Below, piece after piece: positions 42,397-52,487 of a stretch of DNA of 64,000 bases. This DNA is from an uncultured Spirochaetota bacterium. GTDB taxonomy: Bacteria; Spirochaetota; Spirochaetia; SZUA-6; Fen-1364. The DNA is taken from positions 800,001 through 864,000 of the forward strand of contig CAVTHO010000007.1 in NCBI GenBank assembly GCA_963734545.1, read 5' to 3'. Within the stretch, counting starts at the first letter, position 1. Each line of letters begins with the position of its first letter. A program made the position numbers and the translations under genes. The notes under the pieces are model-generated. The model ran no database searches. It had not been told where the DNA came from and saw only the letters and a list, made by a program, of their open reading frames with translations.

Positions 42397-43413
42397 CTAC
42401 AGCAGCCGGTTGAACCACGAGATCGAAAGCACTCCCATCACGAGGAACAGCCCGGCCGCGGCTGCGACGAAGAGCGCGGTGATCTCGGTATTCTCCTTGT
42501 CGAGTCCGAGCCGGGTGCCAAGAGATTTGTAGATGCTGAGCAGCTCCTCGGCGCTGCTTGCCTTGAAATACCTGCCCCCCGTGATCATTGCGATCTTCCG
42601 AAGTGTCGGCTCGTCGAGGATTGCGTGGAACGTGAACCCGTCGAGGTTGATATCGGCGCCCTCTTTTGTACCTACTCCGACGGTGAACACTCGAATTCCG
42701 AGGTTCGCCGCCTTTTCGGCCGCATCCAGGGGATCCGGTCCCTGGTTGCTCTGGCCGTCGCTCAACAGGATGATCGTCGCGCTCGAGTTGCTGCCGGGCG
42801 CCACCGGTGGGGGCTCTTGAGCCTGGGGAACAGGCGTGAGGGGCGCATTGGCGGAGTCCGCCTGCTCTCCGGACGGTTTCGGGAAGATCGCGCCCAGCGC
42901 GGTGAGCAGGCCGCTGCCTATCGCCGTGTACATCTGCGGGCTCAACCTTTCAATGGCTGCCAGCACGAGTCTCTTGTCCATGGTCGGCGCCTGGACAATG
43001 GTCGCCCATCCGGTAAAGGCCACGACGCCGAACCGCATCCCGCGCGGCTGGGCATTCACAAAGGTCGTCGCTGCGTCCTTCACCGCGTCCATGCGGGTCG
43101 GCTTGATGTCCCTCGCCCTCATGCTGCCCGACACATCGATGGACAGAATGACGGTGCCCCGCAGCCCCGGCAGCATGATCGGGGCGAACGGCCGGGCCAA
43201 CGCGACGATCGAGACCGTCACGCCCAGGAGGAACAACAGACCAGGCACGTGCCGGCGAAATCCTGGCCCCCGTCCCCCACCATCCGTCAAATGAACGAGG
43301 CCTGCGTAGCGCTGGGTGTGTTTCCGTCGACGCCTCAGGACCCGCACATAGATCGCGATCAGGACAGGTACGAGCGCGAGCAGCCACAGCATCCCCGGCC
43401 AGGTGAGCGTCAT
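42397..43413 (-). CDS. vWA domain protein with BatA-like N-terminus
   Basis: ALARP, MIDAS motif DVSGSM, TAIG, LLSDG, VFTVGVG, C-terminal TM. Confidence 0.88.
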   Translation of the reverse strand: MTLTWPGMLWLLALVPVLIAIYVRVLRRRRKHTQRYAGLVHLTDGGGRGPGFRRHVPGLLFLLGVTVSIVALARPFAPIMLPGLRGTVILSIDVSGSMRARDIKPTRMDAVKDAATTFVNAQPRGMRFGVVAFTGWATIVQAPTMDKRLVLAAIERLSPQMYTAIGSGLLTALGAIFPKPSGEQADSANAPLTPVPQAQEPPPVAPGSNSSATIILLSDGQSNQGPDPLDAAEKAANLGIRVFTVGVGTKEGADINLDGFTFHAILDEPTLRKIAMITGGRYFKASSAEELLSIYKSLGTRLGLDKENTEITALFVAAAAGLFLVMGVLSISWFNRLL

Positions 43414-43478
43414 CTTCGATAAAAATACAGGATCAGCGGGGAGAAGGGCACGAAAAAAAAGCGGGCCCGGAAGGTCGA

Positions 43479-44480
43479 TCAGCGCCTGCGCGTGTAGCGT
43501 TCGATGAATCGATAGGGATAGGGAAGCGGAACGGCGCTCGCCGCATCGAGAAGTTCGATTTCTTCTTTTGTCAGCTCCCAACCCACGCTCCCGAGGTTAT
43601 CGTCGAGCTGTTCCCGCGTGCGCGCGCCGAAGATGGGCACGACCAGGTCCGACCGCCGCAGAAGAAAGTTCAGCGCGACCTGGGAGCAGGTCTTTCCGCG
43701 TTTTCTGGCGATCTCCTTGATACAGCCAATGGTGCTCCAGGCAAGATCGCTCTCCCTTTGTGCCGGCTGATCGTCCCACCTTTCCCCCCGGCCCACCCTG
43801 CTCTCCTGGTCCGGCGGCCGTCCTTTCTCGTACTTGCCGGCGAGCCACCCGCCCGCGAGCGGGGACCAGGCTAGCAGGGCCAGGCCTTCCTCCCTGCAAA
43901 CAGGGAGCAGCTCCCATTCCGTGCTCCTGACAAGAAGGCTGTACTCCGCCTGCAAAGAAACCAGGGACGACCAGCCTCGCATTCTCTCCAGCATGACCGC
44001 CCTGGTGAGCTGGGAAGCAGTGAAGTTCGAGACACCGAGGTAGCGGACCTTCCCTGATCTCACCAGGTCCTCGAAGACTCGAAGCGTCTCCTCGAGCGGT
44101 GTCGACAAGTCGTAGCAGTGCGCCTGGTAAAGATCGATGTAGTCCGTTTGCAGTCTGCGAAGGCTCTCCTCGACAGACTGGAGGATGTGACTGCGCGAGA
44201 GGCCCATGTCGTTGGGCCCCTCTCCCGTGGCAAAAAAGACCTTCGTCGCAAGGACGATCTCGTGCCTGTTCTTCCTGGATTTCGACCAGGATCCCAGCAT
44301 GCGTTCGGAGGTGCCATTGTTGTACGTGCTGGACGAATCGAAAAGCAGGCCGCCTGCCTCAGCGAATCGGTCGGCCATGGCATGGGCCGTGCTCTCGTCG
44401 GCGCCCCAGCCGAATGTCTGCGTGCCCATTGCGAGCTCCGAAACAACCAGCCCGCTGCTGCCCAGGAACATGCGCCGCAT
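43479..44480 (-). CDS. Aldo/keto reductase
   Basis: SLRRLQTDYIDLYQAH, GKVRYLGVSNF, WSPLAGG. Confidence 0.95.
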   Translation of the reverse strand: MRRMFLGSSGLVVSELAMGTQTFGWGADESTAHAMADRFAEAGGLLFDSSSTYNNGTSERMLGSWSKSRKNRHEIVLATKVFFATGEGPNDMGLSRSHILQSVEESLRRLQTDYIDLYQAHCYDLSTPLEETLRVFEDLVRSGKVRYLGVSNFTASQLTRAVMLERMRGWSSLVSLQAEYSLLVRSTEWELLPVCREEGLALLAWSPLAGGWLAGKYEKGRPPDQESRVGRGERWDDQPAQRESDLAWSTIGCIKEIARKRGKTCSQVALNFLLRRSDLVVPIFGARTREQLDDNLGSVGWELTKEEIELLDAASAVPLPYPYRFIERYTRRR

Positions 44481-44497
44481 CGTCTCCCCCTGCCGCC

Positions 44498-44977
44498 TTA
44501 CTCGCGCACGAGCAGGGCCCGGGGAAAATCATGATAGTGGAGATCGTCTTTTCCCGTTCCGCTTCGAAAGATCACGAGAAATCGGACAGAACTCTCGGCA
44601 ACAGGAAAAGGAATCCAGTGCCACGCTCCCCGTTCCATGATGATGGCCTGGCCGGGCCGGACCCTGAGAGCCATGATCCCGGAGAGGCCGCCGTCCACGC
44701 TCTCCTGCGGAGGTGCCGCGCAGACTATGGCCTCCCCGCCCAGGGAGACCAGCGCCTCCCGGGTGCGCAGGTGGCGCTCCATGCGGGCCAGTCTCTTCGG
44801 CCGCGGCGCGCATTCGATCACGCCTGAGGAACAGGGTGCCTCGAGCCCGATGTCGCTGTTCGTATCGGAATAGACGTAGTCCGCGCCAGGTTCCGGCGGG
44901 ACCCACTGCTCCGGGGTGAGCATCCAACCGATTCCTTTCAACGCCTCTACCGAAAGATCCACGATCCTGAGGTCCAT
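44498..44977 (-). CDS. Ureidoglycolate lyase-like cupin
   Basis: MERHLRTRE, RGAWHWIPFP. Confidence 0.75.
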   Translation of the reverse strand: MDLRIVDLSVEALKGIGWMLTPEQWVPPEPGADYVYSDTNSDIGLEAPCSSGVIECAPRPKRLARMERHLRTREALVSLGGEAIVCAAPPQESVDGGLSGIMALRVRPGQAIIMERGAWHWIPFPVAESSVRFLVIFRSGTGKDDLHYHDFPRALLVRE

Positions 44978-45161
44978 GGCATGCTCCTTCGACTCGAATC
45001 GACGCCAGAGAGCTTGGAGGGACTCGTTGAGTGTTTATCTTCCCCAGTATAGAACGCGCCGGCACCGGGCACAAGGTCGGCCATTGCGCCATCTTTAGGA
45101 ACTGCCTTCTGAGGCTGTATAATATGCATGTCGGATCGCTGGAGAGCTGAGGTGAGAATCT

Positions 45162-45827
45162 ATGAAACGATCAAGAACTGTCGTGTTGTCGGCGGTTGTC
45201 GCGGTTTTGCTGGCCAGCCCGGCTTTTCCCCAAGGCGATGCTGAGGACCTTCCACTGGCTGACCAGCAGGCCTTCCAGACCAAACAGGCAGCCCCACAGG
45301 TCGAGAAGGCCGCCCCACCCGAACAAACGGCCCCACAGACCGATCAGACAGTCCCCCAGCCTGAGCAGGCAGCCCTCCCCGACGATCAAGCGGTCTCTCA
45401 GCCGGCGCCAGAGGTTCCACAGACTGATTCGAAGGCTCCTCAGATTGAAGCCGATATCCCAAAAGGTAAGGCTCTTTTGTACATCTACTGGCCCGGGCAG
45501 ATGGCCTCGCAAGACAATGAAATAGGAGATCCTCTGGTCCTTGCGAAGAACGGGCCAATAGGGATCTTGCCTCGAGGTGGCTATTACAGACGCGTTACGG
45601 ATACAGGGACAACCAAGCTCTGGCTCGTTTCCTTATATGCAAGAGAGCTTCGATTGGAAACCGTTGCCGGCCAGACGTATTATGTCAGAGTTGGCTTCCC
45701 CGGCAACTTCCAGAGTATTTGGGGGAGTTTGGGTGGGAGATTCCAGCCCCCGAATATTGAATTCAAATTGGTTCCCCCTGAAACGGCCAGGACTGAAATA
45801 GCAGCATGCCAGGAGCTGACCGAATGA
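45162..45827 (+). CDS. Exported DUF2846-like protein with Gln/Pro-rich heptad linker
   Basis: Signal peptide; xQxAPQx repeats; GKALLYIY..G.L..GGY..AGQTYYVRV. Confidence 0.7.
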   Translation: MKRSRTVVLSAVVAVLLASPAFPQGDAEDLPLADQQAFQTKQAAPQVEKAAPPEQTAPQTDQTVPQPEQAALPDDQAVSQPAPEVPQTDSKAPQIEADIPKGKALLYIYWPGQMASQDNEIGDPLVLAKNGPIGILPRGGYYRRVTDTGTTKLWLVSLYARELRLETVAGQTYYVRVGFPGNFQSIWGSLGGRFQPPNIEFKLVPPETARTEIAACQELTE

Positions 45828-46010
45828 AGCCGCCGGGCGCATGCGAGGACCTCCACGGCCATGACGCTCGATGAGGCTCGTGAGAAGTACCGCCCTGCCC
45901 GAATGAGGGCAAAAGGGCAAGCTTGATCTGAGGGCCTTAAGGGCGCTGGCTACCCGACCCAAGGTACGTCATGCTTGGTGACAAACGCCATGAGACAACG
46001 AGGCGAGCGA

Positions 46011-46415
46011 ATGGCAGAAGTGCACGTCTTCAGTTTGAAAGTTGGGACCGCGCACGGACTGTGGCAGTACAAGCTCAGCGGCACGCATGACAAGGTAATG
46101 ATGCATGGCGTTCGGAACATCCTCCACAAGACATGCCAATTGCTGGGGCTTGACGACGCTGATCGCTCGGTTGTCTACCTTCTATACTTCTCTGCCGAAC
46201 CCTTCCAAGGCCACCAAGTCTGCTTGGAGAGGATGGAGGAAGTACGGGACAGGCTCGGCACGGCCTGCTACTACAGGGTCAAACAGTCTAATATCGGCGG
46301 CTTCAAGGCAGTAGGACTCTTCCCTGCCATCGTCAACACCAGCTACCTTCGAACTTGGCCAGCGACTATCTACTTCAAGCTCGAAAGATCAATAGCGGGA
46401 GGGGTTGTGAACTGA
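46011..46415 (+). CDS. Hypothetical protein
   Basis: Open frame with plausible composition; no motif recognised. Confidence 0.55.
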   Translation: MAEVHVFSLKVGTAHGLWQYKLSGTHDKVMMHGVRNILHKTCQLLGLDDADRSVVYLLYFSAEPFQGHQVCLERMEEVRDRLGTACYYRVKQSNIGGFKAVGLFPAIVNTSYLRTWPATIYFKLERSIAGGVVN

Positions 46416-46431
46416 AGCGGTTGCAGAAAAA

Positions 46432-46560
46432 TCAGTCGCAATCACCTGCTTTCACGAGCGTGGTGATCGTTTCTGGGTTCCGGTTGAAGTTGGCAGCAAC
46501 CATAAGCGGGGTAAATCCGTTTGGGTTCCGAGCGTTGATATTTGCACCTTTGCTTGTTCG
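46432..46560 (-). pseudogene. Ankyrin-repeat gene fragment
   Basis: GANINARNPNGFTPLMVAANFNRNPETITTLVKAG: one ankyrin repeat, then stop. Confidence 0.65.
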
Positions 46561-46660
46561 CTCCGAGACCCTTGCCATCTTGACGCCACCTTTTCTGTCA
46601 TGAGGCTGTGGCATTTGTCACGCCAAGAAAAAAAGGCGCAGGTCTCATGGGGGCTTCCCC

Positions 46661-46969
46661 CTATCCTGAAGGAAACAGGTCTTTCAGCCCTTGAGAGGCG
46701 ACGTAGAGACTGCCGATGCCGCTCAGCACGTATGCGACCCGCAGCGCTTCCCCGATTTCTTCCTTTGTAGCCCCTGCGTTGATGGCGTTCTGGGCCAAGG
46801 ACCTCACGCCGTTTGCAGCTCCGTGAGCTGCGTCGTATGCAATCGCGATGAGAAGCTTCATTTTCTTGGGCAACACGCCATCTGCGAAAGCCCAGTCGTC
46901 AGCACTTCTCATGTGCTCGACAAGATTGGGGTCAATCTTCATGATTGTATTCAATGGATTTTCTGGCAC
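46661..46969 (-). CDS. Carboxymuconolactone decarboxylase/AhpD-family protein (no CxxC)
   Basis: DGVLPKKMKLLIAIA, AGATKEEIGEAL; SD GAGGAGG. Confidence 0.85.
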   Translation of the reverse strand: MPENPLNTIMKIDPNLVEHMRSADDWAFADGVLPKKMKLLIAIAYDAAHGAANGVRSLAQNAINAGATKEEIGEALRVAYVLSGIGSLYVASQGLKDLFPSG

Positions 46970-47123
46970 CTGTGACCTCCTCGCGTGGGATGAGGCCAGT
47001 ATAGGCGCCCGCAGTCAGTACGTTCAAGAATAAAGCCCTGGGCTGCTTCAGTTTGCGCGGGATTTCACCAAAGAGCGGTTCGCTGGCAACCGGGCCGAAA
47101 CTCAAGAGCTGCGTCGGCTGCTT

Positions 47124-47417
47124 TCAGGGCAGCTTCATCACAGCCGCAGCAAGCTCTTCCCGCGAAAACGCCCTGACGGTTGTCGTCCGAACGGTCCCCA
47201 TCATGCCCAATCCAAGTAAGAAGGTCAGCAAGACTTCATCATTCGGCACTTCGCCAACGGCAATATAGTCGTATTCCCCTGTGGTTAGGTAGAAACCGAT
47301 CATTTTGCCACCCATCTTCTCCAGATTCTTGATTGAAGCGTCAATGCGGGCAGGCGCATCTTTAATCGTCTTTGCTCCTTGCCCAGTCAGTTTCATCATA
47401 ACAATGTGAGTCGACAT
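47124..47417 (-). CDS. GYD domain protein
   Basis: TGQG..IKDAP.R, GGK..FYLTTGEYD, G.VRTTT.RAF. Confidence 0.88.
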   Translation of the reverse strand: MSTHIVMMKLTGQGAKTIKDAPARIDASIKNLEKMGGKMIGFYLTTGEYDYIAVGEVPNDEVLLTFLLGLGMMGTVRTTTVRAFSREELAAAVMKLP

Positions 47418-47500
47418 CTTTCATCCCCCTCTCTCTAATCGCTGACAGCAAACCGCCCAATAGGCAATTCTCTTCCCACGGCTGCAACTGTCAAGGCATA

Positions 47501-47615
47501 GACTGGGTCCCCCACTTCTCATGGACGATTACAGGAAGGTCAACCGAAAGAGAGGCGGAGTTCTTCCTGGCGCGTAAGGAAGGGGCCGTTGCGGGCAGGA
47601 TCGCGGCAGTACATG
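47501..47615 (+). pseudogene. Remnant of a GNAT-like (YghO-type) gene
   Basis: Own translation across two frames: DWVP/PLLMDDYRK then EAEFFLARKEGAVAGRIAAV. Confidence 0.45.
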
Positions 47616-47686
47616 AATGGGCGCGGCAAGCGGGGGTGCATCCGGATTATCGGCCTGATGTCGCCCGCAAATCAATAATCTGTAAG

Positions 47687-47757
47687 AGCGAGCGAGGGGA
47701 ATCGAACCCCCGACTCCAGCTTGGGAAGCTGGGGTAATGCCATTTTACGACGCTCGC
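47687..47757 (-). tRNA. tRNA-Gly(CCC), no encoded CCA
   Basis: GCGAGCG/CGCTCGC acceptor stem, CCAGC-TTCCCAA-GCTGG anticodon arm, GGTTCGATTCC T-arm. Confidence 0.95.
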
Positions 47758-47793
47758 TTGACCGGCCACCACAGGCGGCATTTATCGGCGCCT

Positions 47794-47822
47794 AATGTAC
47801 CAGCGCCGCAGCCATCTGTCAA
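47794..47822 (-). promoter_or_regulatory. Sigma70-type promoter of tRNA-Gly
   Basis: TTGACA-17 nt-TACATT; the 14-mer atctgtcaagaaac is duplicated at 47814 and 47831. Confidence 0.75.
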
Positions 47823-47843
47823 GAAACCAGATCTGTCAAGAAA

Positions 47844-48923
47844 CTAGAATTGAAGCGGTGTTGCCTTCTCCCGCGCCACTTCCTGGTCCAGAACATAGAG
47901 CACCAGCTCGCTCCCGTCGGGGACTATGTAGGGAACCGCCAGCGGCCCGCCGGGGTGCTTCATGGAAAAGATTTCCTTTGGCTCGCTGTCAGAGACGATC
48001 ACGAGCCGTATGTTCACGGCAATCGGCTGGCTGGGAAGGGAGAATTTGAACATGCCGAAGACATTGTCTTTTCCCACGTCCGCAGGGGCGGTCATGTTGA
48101 GCTGGGCCACCTGCCCATATGCCATCTGCGCTCCTTTGCCGGGATTCTGGTCGGTGACCGCACCGGACGGGATGCCCTTGGGAGCCTTGCGCACAGTGAA
48201 GGCAAAGGGGACATTGTCCCGGGTAAGCTCGGCTATCGCCTCCTGGAAGCTCTTTCCCACGTAGTCACCAATGGCGTAGGTCGACTCCCCTCCCTCCTCC
48301 TGGCTGACAACCAGCTCGAGATAGGTGAGACCAGTGATTTTCGTCCCGGGCACGGGGCTTTGCGCGAGCACTTTTCCTGGGGGAGTGCCGTTCTCGTGCC
48401 GGTAGAGTATGGGTTCCTTGATGAGCAGGTTCGGGCTGTGGCTGGCGAACAGCGTCTGCAGATGGATCTTGACGTCGTCAAGATTCATGCCGACGTAGTT
48501 CTCCACCTTGTCGATGACCGGACCCCTGCTCACCCTCAGCGTCACGCGTTTTCCCGCCTTGACAAGGGTGCCGGGTGACGGCCGCTGGGAGATCACGAGA
48601 TTCTTGTCAATGTCCGCGGAGTACTGGATCTGGATATCGGGGTAGAGCTCCTTGCTCTGCAGGTCGATGAGCGCATCAAGCACATCCCGGCCCTGGAGGT
48701 TGGGCACGAGAGTTTCCGGCTGGCCCCGGACAGCAATGGAGAAAGTGACGATCCCGATGACGATCATCAACCCGATGATCCCGACAAAAAGGAACGAGTA
48801 GATCTTGAGGTTGCGGATCTCCGGGGAGTCGTCCGCGTGGGGGGCGACCCTCCGGATGAAATCACGCACCCACTCATACGCGCGTTCGAGCCACTTTCCC
48901 ACATTCCAGATGAAGTCCCTCAT
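47844..48923 (-). CDS. PASTA domain membrane protein
   Basis: One TM; VPNLQG..VISQRPSPGT..VTLRVSRG-type repeats, three copies. Confidence 0.9.
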   Translation of the reverse strand: MRDFIWNVGKWLERAYEWVRDFIRRVAPHADDSPEIRNLKIYSFLFVGIIGLMIVIGIVTFSIAVRGQPETLVPNLQGRDVLDALIDLQSKELYPDIQIQYSADIDKNLVISQRPSPGTLVKAGKRVTLRVSRGPVIDKVENYVGMNLDDVKIHLQTLFASHSPNLLIKEPILYRHENGTPPGKVLAQSPVPGTKITGLTYLELVVSQEEGGESTYAIGDYVGKSFQEAIAELTRDNVPFAFTVRKAPKGIPSGAVTDQNPGKGAQMAYGQVAQLNMTAPADVGKDNVFGMFKFSLPSQPIAVNIRLVIVSDSEPKEIFSMKHPGGPLAVPYIVPDGSELVLYVLDQEVAREKATPLQF

Positions 48924-49879
48924 ATCCCCTCTGCTTCTGTTCCCAGGCGTTGTCCGATTACATCGGGGTGGCCGTTCAGAAAAGCGCGCCAGTCCATTGC
49001 CTTCTTGAACCGCGGCTGCAGGCGTTCCACGGCAAGAACGCCGCTGCCTGTCTGGACAAGGAGCCCATGGGCCTTGTCCGCGGCAAGAATGGCTCCGGGT
49101 TTTTCCGGCGCGGATTCAGAGCCGAGCGTATCCGGATGGACGTGGGATTTCAAGAGCAGGAGAAGCTCGCCGGCAAGGGTCGTGGATGCCCGTGGCCAGG
49201 GATCGTATGCCCGGACCTTCCTTTCCAGCAGGACGGCCGGCTCACGCCAATCCACCCGGCCTTCCTCCTTGCGCAGGGGATGGCAGTAGCTGGCGTCTTC
49301 TTCCCGCTGAGGGATGGGTGTCGGCGGGCTCCCGGATTCGAAACCTGCAAGGACCGATTCCATCAGCCCGACGCCGCGCGCGGCAAGAGCCTCGCTCAAG
49401 TCACCGGTGGTCTCGCTCCCGCGCAGCGGGTACCGCTCCTGCGCGAGAATGTCACCGGTGTCGAACTTCAGCGCCATTCGTTGAACGGTGACTCCTGTTT
49501 CAGCGTCCCCGGCAAGTATCGCTGCGCTGACAGGAGACGGACCCCTGAACCGCGGCAGCAGGGACGGGTGCAGGTTGATCCCGCCGAGCGGGAAGATCTC
49601 GAGGAATGCCCGTCGGAAGATTTTGCCGTACGCCGCCACGACCAGGAGATCGGGCGCGAGTGAGCGCACCTCATCGATGAATGCCGCGTCAAGGCGCGAG
49701 GGCTGGAACAGCTTCAGCCCGAGGGAGAGCGCTGTTTCCTTGACAGGAGACGGCACGCACAGGCGTCCTCGGCCTGAAGGCTGGTCGGGACTGGTGAGCA
49801 CGCCGACTACGGACCGCGCGATCTTCTCCAGGGACGGAACCGCCAGTGATGGTGTTCCCGCAAAGAGAACGCGCATCAC
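48920..49879 (-). CDS. fmt: Methionyl-tRNA formyltransferase
   Basis: FAGTP, INLHPSLLPRFRGPSP, DTGDI. Confidence 0.96.
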   Translation of the reverse strand: MMRVLFAGTPSLAVPSLEKIARSVVGVLTSPDQPSGRGRLCVPSPVKETALSLGLKLFQPSRLDAAFIDEVRSLAPDLLVVAAYGKIFRRAFLEIFPLGGINLHPSLLPRFRGPSPVSAAILAGDAETGVTVQRMALKFDTGDILAQERYPLRGSETTGDLSEALAARGVGLMESVLAGFESGSPPTPIPQREEDASYCHPLRKEEGRVDWREPAVLLERKVRAYDPWPRASTTLAGELLLLLKSHVHPDTLGSESAPEKPGAILAADKAHGLLVQTGSGVLAVERLQPRFKKAMDWRAFLNGHPDVIGQRLGTEAEGI

Positions 49880-50364
49880 GCTTCGACTTTTGTTTCGTAT
49901 CCGGCGAGCAGGCGCTGCTTTTTTTTCGGGTCGATCCTGTCGATGAAAAGGATCCCGTTCAGATGGTCGAACTCGTGCTGAATGACACGGCCGAGGTACC
50001 CATCAGCCGTCAGGCTGAATGGCCGGCCCTTTGCGTTCCATGCCTGAACTCGTACCGACGAGGAGCGGACCACGTCCGTGTACAGGCCGGGAATGCTCAA
50101 GCAGCCTTCTTCGAAGGGTTCCTCTTCGATCGAAGTTTCAAGGATATCGGGATTGATGAAGATCCGCGGGCTGTCCCCCGGGACCCGGGTGATGAATACG
50201 CGAAGAAGCTCCCCGACCTGCACCGCCGCGAGGCCGACGCCTTTGCCCCTGTCCATGGCCTCGAACATCTCGGCAATCAGGGTGCGGACGTCACCGTTTA
50301 TGTCCGGCACCACGACGGAATGCTTTTTGAGTGTCGGGTCGCCGAGTTTTATGATGCTCAGCAT
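49876..50364 (-). CDS. def: Peptide deformylase
   Basis: GVGLAAVQVG, EGCLS, QHEFDHLNG. Confidence 0.97.
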   Translation of the reverse strand: MLSIIKLGDPTLKKHSVVVPDINGDVRTLIAEMFEAMDRGKGVGLAAVQVGELLRVFITRVPGDSPRIFINPDILETSIEEEPFEEGCLSIPGLYTDVVRSSSVRVQAWNAKGRPFSLTADGYLGRVIQHEFDHLNGILFIDRIDPKKKQRLLAGYETKVEA

Positions 50365-50389
50365 AATCTAAAGTAGCAAAATAGCGCGC

Positions 50390-50466
50390 GCGCGCCAAGT
50401 CGGCGGCCGGCACAGCCGCGGCGGACCCTGGGCGCGCCAAGTCGGCGGCCGGCACAGCCGCGGCGG
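50390..50466. repeat. Two exact 35-bp direct repeats, period 42, between priA and def
   Basis: gcgcgccaagtcggcggccggcacagccgcggcgg at 50390 and 50432. Confidence 0.9.
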
Positions 50467-50521
50467 TGCCAGGCAGCGGGTGCGGCGGGTGCCGGGGGCG
50501 AGGCCCGGCGAGACACCCGGC

Positions 50522-52469
50522 CTACAGCAGCGCCTGCGGGTCGACGTCCACCTCCACGTAAACGCCCTTCGGCGCGCGAAACTCTTCGAGCGCGGCGCTC
50601 ACCCGGGCATGGGCCTCCGAGAAGCGAGTGGTGCGGACAAGCGTCTGAAACCGGTAGCTGCCGGAAATCCTTGCAAGAGGGCATTCTGCCGGCCCGAGAA
50701 TCTCCGCGGCGTCCGCAAGTCTTTCCCCGAGAATGCCGGTGAGCCCGTCGATCGTCTCCGAGGTCTTGTGCCGGTTCCTTCCCCGAAGCACGAGACGGAT
50801 CAGCCTGCTGAAAGGAGGAAATCCAAGGAGGCGCCGGGCTTCGAGCTCCGTGGAATAGAACTCTTCCAGCTTTCCTTCCTGCGCCATGACGATGGCGGGC
50901 GCCGCGGGGCGGAAGGTCTGGATGATCACGCGTCCGTCCGGCAGCGCCCTGCCGGCGCGGCCGGAGACCTGGACCAGCAGCCCGAACGTGCGCTCGGCGG
51001 CCCTGAAATCGGGGAGCTGAAAGCCGGTGTCCGCATTGACGATGCCGACCAGCTTGACTCCCGGGAAATCGAGCCCCTTGGCGACCATCTGGGTTCCGAT
51101 CAGAACGTGGATCTTCCCCTCGCGGAAATCGGCCAGCGCCCTGGCCAGCACTTTCTTCTTCTTCACGGCATCCGTATCGAGGCGCCGGACGACAAGCTGG
51201 GGGAACTGGCGCTGCAGCTCCTCTTCGATGCCCTCTGTACCGAATCCGGAGTACCCGACGTCCAGGGACCCGCATTGCGGGCAGAGCGAGATGGGGGCCG
51301 TCGAAAAGCCGCAGTAGTGGCAGATCATCCGCTCCCGCTCCTTGTGATAGGTGAGCGACACGGAGCAGTGATTGCACGCCATCTCGTACCCGCAGGATCG
51401 GCAGTGAAAAAGATAGGAGAATCCGCGCCGGTTCAGGAAAAGGATCGTTTGCCTGCCTTCTTCCCTGGTTCTTCCGATCTCGTCCAGGAGCGGCCCGGAG
51501 AGGGGCCCCGGTCTGCCGGCGCATGTCCACGACACGGATGGCGGGCATTTTGCCGCCGCTGAGCCGCACAGGCAGACGGAGCGCGGCGAGCTTGCCTTCG
51601 TTCATGCGGTGCCATGCCTCGAGGGAAGGGGTGGCGGAACCCATCAGGAGGATCGCCTTCTCTTCCGCGGCCCGGTACATCGCCACCTGCCGTGCATGGT
51701 AACGCGGGGTCGTGCCGGACTTGTACGAGCCCTCGTGCTCCTCGTCGATCACGACAAGGCCAAGCCGTGCAAAGGGCGCGAATATGGCGCTTCGTGCGCC
51801 TATGACCGCATCCACCTCTCCGTCCATGACCCGCGCCCATTCCTTCAGCCGCTGAGAGGGAGTGAGCGAGGAATGGAGGACCGCCAGCCTCCCTTGAAAG
51901 AGCGCGGTAAAACGCCGCACCACCTGGTGAGTGAGGGAAATCTCGGGGACGAGGTAGATCACGCCGCGACCGCTGGCCACCACGTCCTGCGCCACCCGGA
52001 GGTACACGTCGGTTTTTCCCGACCCGGTGACTCCGAACAGGTAATACGATCCTGTTCCCTTTTCACTTATGGCGCGCACGGCGGAGAGCTGCTGATCTGC
52101 CAGGACGTAACCTTTCGGCTCCTCGTCCAGGGGGAACTCTTCGGTCTCTCCTTCCCTCCGCCCGGAGGGGATCATCGCGGAAAGGGCCTCTCCGAGTGAG
52201 CACATGTACATGCGGGAAATCCAGCGCGCGAGAGAGAGCACCCGGTCGTTGAACAGAGGCCGGGAATCGATGACCCTCTTCACTTCCTTCAATTCCGCAA
52301 CACCCTCCGGAGGCGCCGCCGGCTCGCCGACGACGAAGCCGGTGAGCATCCTCGACCCGAACGGGGCGGATACCCGGCGGCCAAGGGCAGGATCGGCGCC
52401 TTCCGGCAGCAGGTAGGTGAATGCCCTTCGCACGGGAAGGTTGAACACCAGCTCGACGAATCTGCTCAT
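50522..52469 (-). CDS. priA: Primosomal protein N' (frameshift near 51505)
   Basis: GVTGSGKT, DEEH, MGSATP, FLNRRG, four CxxC pairs, GTQMVAKGLDF, QVSGRAGR. Confidence 0.96.
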
Positions 52470-52487
52470 CCGCTCACCCTGCGGGTT

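Noticed and set aside
45855-45925. MTLDEAREK fragment resembling an integrase arm-binding domain
   Set aside because: Too short to support any homology claim.
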